A DNA stretch of 33,374 bases from Gemmatimonadales bacterium. Its GTDB lineage: Bacteria > Gemmatimonadota > Gemmatimonadetes > Gemmatimonadales > GWC2-71-9. Where the stretch lies: assembly GCA_041613315.1 (NCBI GenBank), contig JBFJHJ010000033.1:1-33374 (forward strand), in the 5' to 3' direction. Made by a program: the position numbers and the translations under genes. Positions 26,048-33,374 of the stretch are shown here, one piece after another. The notes under the pieces were generated by a model, which was given only the letters and a program-made list of their open reading frames with translations, ran no database searches and had not been told where the DNA came from. Each line of letters starts with the position of its first letter. Positions within the stretch are counted from its first letter, which is position 1.

Positions 26048-26908
26048 GTGAGACTGGCCGAAGGGAGTGCCACGGTCGCGACGGTGATCGAGCCGGCCGC
26101 ACGACACTGGGTGGACGCGGCGGCCGCCGGTCAGTTTGTGACGCTCCACGCGGACACCGTCGGCGAGGTCCTCCAGGCCGTCCGGGAGCGGGCGATCCAC
26201 GCCGTCCTCGTTTCGCCCACATGCGTGGGTCCGGAACAGCTCGAGCGTGTCGCCAGCTTGGTCCGCGGATTCCCCGGCATCCCCACCGTCGCCGTGCTCT
26301 CCCGGCCCCGCCCTGGGGTCAGCGAGCGGCTCCTGGAGTTTGGGGCGCGGGGGGTGCGCAAGCTCGTGGATCTGAGCGCGCGGGACGGCTGGCGGCGCCT
26401 GCGGGACCTCATCGCGCACCCGGCAACCCCGCTCGCCTCTCGCATCCTGGCGCAAGTCCTACCCGCGCTGGGTGACCCCGCGCCCGACTGTCGCCGCTTC
26501 TTCGAGATCCTCGTCCGGCTCGCGCCCGGCGTCACCACCGTGCGGCGGTTCGCGCAGCGCCTCGGCGTGGCCCCGAGCACGTTCATGTCCCGCTTCTTTC
26601 GGGCGCGGTTGCCGTCGCCGAAACGCTACCTCGCGGCGACGCGACTCGTCTACGCGGCAGGGCTCCTCGAGGTGCGCGCGCTCTCGATTGCCGACGTGGC
26701 TCACCGGCTCGAGTACTCTTCGCCACAGAGCTTCAGTCGCCACCTCAAGACCGCGCGGGGCCTCACGGCCAGCGAGTTTCGCGAGTGCTGTCCGTTTTCG
26801 GTCACGCTCGAGGACTTCGCCGCACGCCTGATCGCCCCCTTCCGGCGCACGTTCGGCACCTTTCATCCCCTCAACCATCGGGGAGGAGACCTCGGACAGC
26901 TCTGGTGA
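26048..26908 (+). CDS. AraC family transcriptional regulator with receiver-like N-terminus (alternative start 25997)
   Basis: C-terminal FAQRLGVAPST...SPKRYL..TRL...SIADVAHRLEYSSPQSFSRHLK..GLTASEFR; GTG preceded by GGAGG. Confidence 0.85.
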   Translation: MRLAEGSATVATVIEPAARHWVDAAAAGQFVTLHADTVGEVLQAVRERAIHAVLVSPTCVGPEQLERVASLVRGFPGIPTVAVLSRPRPGVSERLLEFGARGVRKLVDLSARDGWRRLRDLIAHPATPLASRILAQVLPALGDPAPDCRRFFEILVRLAPGVTTVRRFAQRLGVAPSTFMSRFFRARLPSPKRYLAATRLVYAAGLLEVRALSIADVAHRLEYSSPQSFSRHLKTARGLTASEFRECCPFSVTLEDFAARLIAPFRRTFGTFHPLNHRGGDLGQLW

Positions 26909-26926
26909 CCGGGCCGGAAGGGGGCG

Positions 26927-28654
26927 TCACGCGCCCCGGGCGGGTGGGATCGGATGCTCGGTGGTCGCCTGCTCGGGCGGCATCACCGAAAAGCGGCTGA
27001 TCGTGCGCCGGAGCCGCTCCGCGACGTCGGCCAGCCGGCTGCTCGTCTGGTGCAGGTCGTGCATCCCGCCGATTTGTGCCCGGCTGGCGTCGGCCGCACC
27101 GTCCACGGCGCGCGCGGTCTCGGCGCTGATGTCCGCCACGCGTGCCATCGTCCGAGCCAGTGTCGCCATGTGATCCGCCTGGCCGCGGGCGATGCCGGCG
27201 GTCACTCCCCCTAAGTCGGCGGTGGTGAGCGCGCCAACATGGATCTCCTCGAGCGCACTCCGCGCCTCCTCGGCCACCCGTCCCACGTCGCGCACCTTGG
27301 CGTCGCCCGACGCCATCGCCGTCGAGGCCGCCTCGATGCTGGCCTGCACCTCACCAATGAGTTCCGTCACATCACGAGCGGCGCGTCCCGTCTCCATGGC
27401 GAGGCCGCGAATCTGGTCGGCGACCGCCGCAAATCCCTGTCCGTGCTCCTCGGCCCGCGCTGCCTCGATCGCGGCGTTCAGCGCGAGGAGATGGGTCTGA
27501 CGGGCGATCTTGGCGATGGTCTGCGCAAAGCCACCGATGCGCTCGGAGAGGCCGCTCAGTTCCTGGACGGTCTTCGCGGTGGTGTGCACCTCCTCCCCGA
27601 TCGTCACGAGCGTCTCGCTCGCCCGCGACACACGCTCGCGCCCGCGCTCCGCCGCGCCGACTAGCGCGCGACCCTCGCCCTCCATGCGCAGGACGCGGTC
27701 GCGCAGTTCGTGGGCTTCCCGCGCGGTCTCGGCATGTTGCTCGCTTCCGGCACCGGCCAGCTCGCGCTGCTCCGTCGCCTGTCGGCGAAGGTCCGCGGCC
27801 GTGGCGGCCACACGCTCCCCGGTCGCGAGCATCTTCTCGGCCGAGCGGGCCAGCCCGGCGCCGAACGCGGCCACCTCGTCGGCCCCTCGCTGGACCTCGG
27901 AGATCGCCGCCGCGGTCTCCTCGAGCATCCGGTTGAGCGACCGGTCCAGGAACCCCAACTCGTCCGAGCGCGCCGCCGGCGCCCGTACCGCGAGCCCGCC
28001 GCGCTCCGCCTCGTGAACGACCGCCCGGGTCAGCCGGATCCGCTGAATCAGCCGGGCCGGAATGCGCTTGAGGGCCAACGCGACCATGATGAACAACACC
28101 GTGTCCAGATAGACCGATGCCTGAAGGTCGAGGATCGAGCGCGGCGGGGTTTCGTACACCCGTCCGTGCACGGCGGACGCCGTGATGTACGCCAACGCAG
28201 CGGTGAGCACGAGGAAGTCGCCGACGGTGCGTTCCTGGTCGAACGTGTACGGGAGGACCGCGATGTAGAAGCCGGCGACGAACCCGCCCGGGCCGTAAAA
28301 CGCGACGAGGGTCGCGACGAGCGCGACGTCGAACAACGCCAAGGCGTAGACGTGCCACCAGCGGTACCACCCGCGCCGGAGTACCGCCCGAAGCACGAGG
28401 TTGGCGATCGCGGCCGCCCCGACGATGAAGCCGATCGTCGGGAAGGATGCGCCGACATACTCGAGCAGGTGCCCGAACGATAGGAGTGCCGCGCCGACGC
28501 CGATGATGAGCCAGCGGCGCCGGAGGCTGTCGGCAAACGTCTCGAGGTCCTTGAGCCGTTGCTCGATCGCGGCGCGGTCACGAACACCGACCTGCGGCCG
28601 CACGGCCGCGGAGCGGCGTTCACGCCGGCGGAGCAACGAGCGCACGCTCACCAT
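26927..28654 (-). CDS. Methyl-accepting chemotaxis-like protein (multi-TM + HAMP + MA domain)
   Basis: About six hydrophobic segments; HAMP [44 protein letters not shown]; start chosen at ATG 28654. Confidence 0.88.
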   Translation of the reverse strand: [575 protein letters not shown]

Positions 28655-29253
28655 CCGGACTCCGGGGACGCGGCGTCGATGCCCAGGTCCCCGAGGGACA
28701 GCAGCGTACGCAGCGGACAGCCTGTCGCTTCGATAGCCACCCGGCCACCTTCCTCGCGATCCACCACCGCGAGCACGCCAAGGATCGTCCCGCCCTCGTG
28801 CCGCACCGCCTCGATCGCCCGTAGGGCCGACCCGCCGGTGGTCACCACGTCTTCGACGACGACCACGGCGGCGCCGGCGCGGAAGCAGCCCTCGATCCGT
28901 CGTGCCGCTCCGTGCGCCTTGGGCTCCTTGCGTACCGTAAAGGCGTCCAGCGCGGGGGGGCGCCGCCGACTGGCGACGGCGATCGCGTACGCGACGGGGT
29001 CGGCCCCGAGGGTGAGTCCCCCGACCAGCTCCGCCGCCCATCCCTCACGGCGAATGGCATCGATCCCCAGCTCGCCGACAAGCTCGAGACCTTGGGCTGC
29101 CATGGTCGTACGCCGGGCGTCGATGTAATACGACGATTGCCGACCGGAGGCGAGCCGAAAGGTCCCCCGGCGGACCGAACGCTCCGTGAGAAGGGCCGCC
29201 AACGCGGCCCGGCGCTCGTCCGGCGTCACCAGCGGACCTGCAGAGGATACCAT
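28648..29253 (-). CDS. pyrE: Orotate phosphoribosyltransferase
   Basis: FRLASGRQSSYYIDAR, GLTLGADP, VRKEPKAHG, VVVEDVVTTGGS, VVDREEGG. Confidence 0.96.
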   Translation of the reverse strand: MVSSAGPLVTPDERRAALAALLTERSVRRGTFRLASGRQSSYYIDARRTTMAAQGLELVGELGIDAIRREGWAAELVGGLTLGADPVAYAIAVASRRRPPALDAFTVRKEPKAHGAARRIEGCFRAGAAVVVVEDVVTTGGSALRAIEAVRHEGGTILGVLAVVDREEGGRVAIEATGCPLRTLLSLGDLGIDAASPESGW

Positions 29254-29287
29254 GCCCTCGTACCGTAGTAGTACCTACAACTACGTA

Positions 29288-30211
29288 TCACTCCTTTGGC
29301 CGGTTCCCGCCCCAGAGCGACTTGAGCGCTCCAACCAGCCCCTTCGGACTCGTTGGCTGCTCGTCGGCCGCCGCGACTCCCTCCGCCACATCCCGCGCAA
29401 ATTCTAGCACACCGGCCTGCCGCTTGGCCGGGTCCTTGCCTAGGCCACGCATCACAGCGTTTTCGAGCTTCCGGGGGAAACTTACTCCCTTGGCGGCCTC
29501 CGAGAGCGGAATCGGCGGTTCGGTCAGCAGTTGCTGAAACAGCTCCCGTGGCGACTCGCCCGAGTAGGGGCGACGGCCCGTGAGCAGGAAATAGGAGATG
29601 GTAGCGAGGCTGTACGTGTCGGCCGCCTCGCCGACCAGCTCGCCGGAGAGCGCCTCGGGCGCGACGTAGTGGAGCGTGCCGACGAAGAACCCGGTGCGCG
29701 TGAGGCGGTCCGAGGGGTCCTGTTGCGCGTCGCGCGCGATCCCGAAGTCGAGCAGCTTGACGGTACGCGTGTTCGCGTCGAAGACGATGTTGTCCGGCTT
29801 CAGGTCGCGATGAATGATGCCGGCCTGGTGGGCGGTCGCGAGCCCCGCAGCGAGCTGGGTGATGATGTGGGCGACGAGATCGGGAGCGAGGCGCCCTGTG
29901 CGGTGTACGACGGTGGAGAGCGGCTGGCCGTCGGCCCACTCGAGAGCCATGTAATACAGTCCGTCCTCCTCGCCGAAGCCGTAGGTCCACACGACCGCGG
30001 GATGGTGGACGCGCGACCCGTAGCCGGCCTCGCGGAGGAATCGCTTGATCGCCGTCGGGTCCTGCCGCAAGCGCTCTTTGAGGATCTTGACCGCGCACCG
30101 CTGGTGTTCGGGATGCTCTGCGCGGTAGACCGTCGCTGTTCCGCCCTCGCCGACGCGCTCGAGGAGCCGGTAGCCGCCGACGGTTCGGCCCGTGAGGTTT
30201 TCTGGAGGCAT
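29288..30211 (-). CDS. Hanks-type Ser/Thr protein kinase, cytoplasmic
   Basis: GEGGTATVY, AVK, HRDLKPDN, DFG, GTLHYVAPE, D.YSL; no TM or PASTA domain. Confidence 0.95.
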   Translation of the reverse strand: MPPENLTGRTVGGYRLLERVGEGGTATVYRAEHPEHQRCAVKILKERLRQDPTAIKRFLREAGYGSRVHHPAVVWTYGFGEEDGLYYMALEWADGQPLSTVVHRTGRLAPDLVAHIITQLAAGLATAHQAGIIHRDLKPDNIVFDANTRTVKLLDFGIARDAQQDPSDRLTRTGFFVGTLHYVAPEALSGELVGEAADTYSLATISYFLLTGRRPYSGESPRELFQQLLTEPPIPLSEAAKGVSFPRKLENAVMRGLGKDPAKRQAGVLEFARDVAEGVAAADEQPTSPKGLVGALKSLWGGNRPKE

Positions 30212-30222
30212 GGAAGTCCGCG

Positions 30223-30252
30223 AAAGTAAGTGCGGGATTTGGACGCGGGCAA
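30223..30252 (-). promoter_or_regulatory. Putative promoter for the kinase gene
   Basis: TTGCCC-N18-TACTTT, 11 nt before the ATG. Confidence 0.45.
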
Positions 30253-30452
30253 GCGCGACGGCGAGGTTGAGGGCGCGCTCAGGTCGCGCGCGTGCGGTGC
30301 CGATACTTCTCTAGGCAGCACGTCGGGGCGGGTGGTCCGGGCGCGCGCTGGTGCCTTTACGCCGCAGGCACTACCTTGGGCGGCCGCGCAGGACGCAAAC
30401 GGGCCGCACGTCACCGGCGGCGCTCGCTGGCATTCGACAGGAGACCGGGATC

Positions 30453-32678
30453 GTGAAGCACGGGGTGCGACGGATCGCTGTGACGGTGCTCTTGACCTTC
30501 CTGCAGCCGGGATGCGGCTGGGCGCAGGAGGAGCGCGGCCTCGTGGAGGATTTTGGGGTGTGGCACTCCCTCCAAGAACTCCGCGCCGCCGTTCGGGACC
30601 ACACGGTCACTCGGGACGTCGCGGTGCACGCCGCCCGAGTCGAGTTGGCACTGGGACGTCCGGAACGCGCTCGCGAGCTTCTGGCCGACCGCGAGGTCCC
30701 CGAAGATGCCGAGGACCTCGCCCTCCTGGGCGCGATCGAGTTTCGGACCGAGCAGTACGCCCGTGCCGGCGATTTCTTCGCGCGCGCGGCGGCCGCTGCG
30801 GTGGGGGCGCGGCGCGGGGAGCTGGCCGCCCGGGCCGCCGCGGCGTACGAAGAGGCCGGGCGGCTCCGAGATGCAGCGGTCCAATACCGCGCTGCGGCCG
30901 CCGATCTGCCGCTCGTGGCCGGCTGGCTCGCCGTGCGCGAGGCGCGGGTGACGGTCGACAGTGTTCGCGCGTTCGCGCTGCTCCGGTGGGCGCCACCGGA
31001 AGCCGATCGGCTCGCGGCCATCGCCCGGGCGGCGGTGCGGTTGCGCGCCGGGGACTCGGTGGCGGCCACGGCCCAGTATGTCGCGGCCCAGGAGTGGGGG
31101 CGCGCGGCGGAGCTGGTCGCCACGTTGGGCGATTCCGGGGCCGCCCGCGGTCTCGCCTATCGCGTGCTGGAGGCCCCGAACCCCAGAGCCCGCCGCGTCG
31201 TGCTGGACGCCGTGCAGCAGCGGTTCCCACCGGAGACGCCCGAGGAGCGCCTCCTCGTGGCGGAGGCGTGGCGGCGCGCGGGGTCGAGCCGGACCGCCGT
31301 GGAGCTGATGCGCCAGGCGGTGGCGCACGGTGATTCCTCGGCGGTGGCGTTGCGGCGTCTTGCCGATCTCGAGGCCGGCGTGCGACGTCACGATCGAGCG
31401 CTGCGGGCCTACGCGCAGGCGGCGCTGCGCGGCGGCGAGGACGGCACGCTGGCGGCGTACAACCGTGCTCGGCTGCTCGTACGGATGCGCCGCCGCTCGG
31501 AAGGCCACCGCGAGCTCCTCGCCTTCGCCGACCGGTATCCCCAGCACGCACGCGCACCGGCGGCGATATTCATCGTCGCGGACGACCTGGAAGACGCGCG
31601 ACGCCGTGTCCCAGCCGACTCGCTGTACGGCGTGATCGCCGAGCGCTGGCCCGCCGACGAGTACGCCTCACGCGCGCGCCACCAGCTCGCTGGCTCGGCA
31701 CTCGCACGCGGCGACACGCAGCAGGCTATGCGCTGGTACCAGGCCGAGTTCTCGGCTCGTGGCACGCAGCGCCACGCCGCACAGTTCTTCCTGGCGCGGC
31801 TCCACGCGGCCGCCGGTGACTCCGCCGAGGCCAGGTTGCTCTGGGCGAAGCTCGCCGAGAGCGACGTGGCCGGATACTATGGCGTCCGCGCCCGCGAAGC
31901 GGCGGCGCTCCCGCCGCCCCGGTTCACCGCAGCCACGCGGCGCGACCCGGCCGCGGACCGGATCACTCGGCAGTTCGATCGGCTCGACCTCCTGCGCCGC
32001 GCCCAACTGTACGCGGAGGCGGACGAGTTCGTGCGCCACCTCACGACGGCGACGAGTGATGCGCCGGACGCGATGCTCGTGCTCGCGAACGGCTTGATCG
32101 CGCGCGGCTGGGTCATCGAGGGCGTGAACCTCGGGTGGCGGGCAACCGGACACCTTCCGCTGCGCGACGCGCGGGTGCTGCGCGCGATCTACCCGTGGCG
32201 GTTCCGCGAGCTCATCGAGGCGGAAGCGCAGAAGCACGGGCTCGACCCGTACCTCCTCGTCGCGCTGATCCGGCAAGAATCGACGTTCCGGCCGGCGGTG
32301 GTCTCGCATGCCGGGGCTCACGGCCTGATGCAGCTCATGCCTTCCACCGCCACGCACTTGGCGCGACGCCTGGGCGTGGAGTGGGACGACGCGTTCCTCA
32401 CGGTGGCGGACGCCAACGTCCACATCGGCGCCGCGCACCTGGCCAGCCTGCTCCAGCAATTCGACGGGGCGCTCGTCCCTTCGCTCGCGGCCTACAATGC
32501 CGGGTCACGGCCCGTACGGCGCTGGCTGCGGTATCCGGAGGCGGCGGACCCCTTCCTGTTCGTCGAGCGGATTCCGTACGACGAGACCCGCGGCTTCGTA
32601 CGCAGCGTCCTCAGGAACTACGTCCTATACCGGGCCCTCTACCCACCCGTCGAGGACCATCCGGCCGATCAGCGGTGA
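30453..32678 (+). CDS. Slt70-like lytic transglycosylase with TPR-like helical repeats
   Basis: Signal peptide; ALIRQESTF (catalytic Glu), AHGLMQLMP, AAYNAG, IPYDETRGFV; GTG preceded by AGGAG. Confidence 0.92.
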   Translation: MKHGVRRIAVTVLLTFLQPGCGWAQEERGLVEDFGVWHSLQELRAAVRDHTVTRDVAVHAARVELALGRPERARELLADREVPEDAEDLALLGAIEFRTEQYARAGDFFARAAAAAVGARRGELAARAAAAYEEAGRLRDAAVQYRAAAADLPLVAGWLAVREARVTVDSVRAFALLRWAPPEADRLAAIARAAVRLRAGDSVAATAQYVAAQEWGRAAELVATLGDSGAARGLAYRVLEAPNPRARRVVLDAVQQRFPPETPEERLLVAEAWRRAGSSRTAVELMRQAVAHGDSSAVALRRLADLEAGVRRHDRALRAYAQAALRGGEDGTLAAYNRARLLVRMRRRSEGHRELLAFADRYPQHARAPAAIFIVADDLEDARRRVPADSLYGVIAERWPADEYASRARHQLAGSALARGDTQQAMRWYQAEFSARGTQRHAAQFFLARLHAAAGDSAEARLLWAKLAESDVAGYYGVRAREAAALPPPRFTAATRRDPAADRITRQFDRLDLLRRAQLYAEADEFVRHLTTATSDAPDAMLVLANGLIARGWVIEGVNLGWRATGHLPLRDARVLRAIYPWRFRELIEAEAQKHGLDPYLLVALIRQESTFRPAVVSHAGAHGLMQLMPSTATHLARRLGVEWDDAFLTVADANVHIGAAHLASLLQQFDGALVPSLAAYNAGSRPVRRWLRYPEAADPFLFVERIPYDETRGFVRSVLRNYVLYRALYPPVEDHPADQR

Positions 32679-33220
32679 GCGGGGAGGCGCTTCGGCGCGG
32701 GTTGCACGCGAGCACGGCCCTGGTGCTCCTCGCCATCCCCATCGGCTCGTGGTCCTGGTTTCGCCTCCTTGTCGTCGCCTGCACCGCCGTGACGCTTCTC
32801 GTGGAGGCGCTGCGCCTCTCGCTTCCGGCCGTGCGCGGCCGGCTCGCGACGCTGCTTCCGGTGTTTCGCCCGGCCGAAGCGCGTGGCCCGAGCGGTGCGA
32901 TGTGGCTCTGGCTGGGGTACGCGGCGGCGGCGTGGCTACCCCCGCCGGCCCCGGCGGCTGGCATCCTGGTGGCGGCGCTTGCCGATCCGGCGGCGGCGGT
33001 CGTCGGCGCGCGGGTTGGCCGTGGCCGACGCAAGAGCTGGCCGGGCACGGCCGCCGCGCTGGCGGTCGGTAGCGGCGCGCTTGCCGCTCTCGGGATCGGG
33101 TGGGCGGGGATCGTGGTCGGTGCGGTCGTGGGCGCCGCGCTGGAGCGCTGGTCGGCTGGGCTCGACGATAACCTGGTCATGGCTCCCGGAGTCGCCCTGG
33201 CGGTCCTCGCGCTCGCTTGA
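32675..33220 (+). CDS. Membrane protein of the SEC59/DGK1/VTE5-like (CTP-dependent dolichol/phytol kinase) family
   Basis: GTG overlaps the SLT stop; LRRGLH, FRPAE, ADPAAAVVG..G..RKSWPG, LDDNL. Confidence 0.75.
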   Translation: MSGEALRRGLHASTALVLLAIPIGSWSWFRLLVVACTAVTLLVEALRLSLPAVRGRLATLLPVFRPAEARGPSGAMWLWLGYAAAAWLPPPAPAAGILVAALADPAAAVVGARVGRGRRKSWPGTAAALAVGSGALAALGIGWAGIVVGAVVGAALERWSAGLDDNLVMAPGVALAVLALA

Positions 33221-33315
33221 CAGCCGTGACTGGCGCGGCACAGTTTTGCTCGGTCGTGGGGCCGGGGGGCGGAGGCTGACACCCACACCCGCTTTTCTGC
33301 AGGAGGAGAATCACA

Positions 33316-33374
33316 ATGCCACGGGGGAAGGTGAAGTGGTTCAATGATGCCAAGGGGTACGGATTCATTGAACC
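33316..33374 (+). CDS. Cold-shock protein (3'-truncated)
   Basis: MPRGKVKWFNDAKGYGFIE (RNP1) with strong SD AGGAGGAG. Confidence 0.93.
   Translation, partial: MPRGKVKWFNDAKGYGFIE

Noticed and set aside
29254..29290. TAC/TAG-rich spacer between the kinase and pyrE resembling DnaA-trios
   Set aside because: No adjacent DnaA boxes and too short; more likely a promoter or small hairpin
33236..33250. CGGCACAGTTTTGCT sigma54-like site upstream of the cold-shock gene
   Set aside because: GG-to-GC spacing is 9 nt rather than the strict 10; the similar GGCACGCTTGC at about 4833 also fails
1..33374. CRISPR array, IS/prophage, tRNA/rRNA or defence system
   Set aside because: No spaced direct repeats, transposase/integrase motifs or RNA signatures other than rnpB were seen by eye

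Overview
A very GC-rich bacterial chromosome segment (Gemmatimonadota-like by gene content and style; inference only) that spans the probable replication origin. Order: hemE(partial)-hemG/Y-ECF sigma-membrane anti-sigma with a CBM48-like domain; upp; NUDIX; a second ECF sigma/ZAS anti-sigma pair; holA-TPR/SPOR-mutS-TonB_C-cbs; queD-ddl-rhomboid-macrodomain; a Zn peptidase plus a small ORF; the minus-strand rpmH-rnpA-yidD-yidC-mnmE operon; dnaA-oriC-dnaN; RNase P RNA followed by a small ORF, a lipoprotein and a putative beta-barrel; an AraC regulator; Ser/Thr kinase-pyrE-MCP; a lytic transglycosylase, a polyprenol-kinase-like gene and a partial cold-shock gene. Most of it is core housekeeping, and I saw no mobile element, CRISPR array, rRNA or tRNA. 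The best candidates for new biology are the ECF/CBM48 anti-sigma module coupled to heme genes, an internally shortened HemG/Y, a G-rich hairpin splitting the second ECF pair, the rnpB-linked envelope genes, an atypical MCP and recurrent leaderless promoters. All family calls come from motif recognition by eye; no searches were run.
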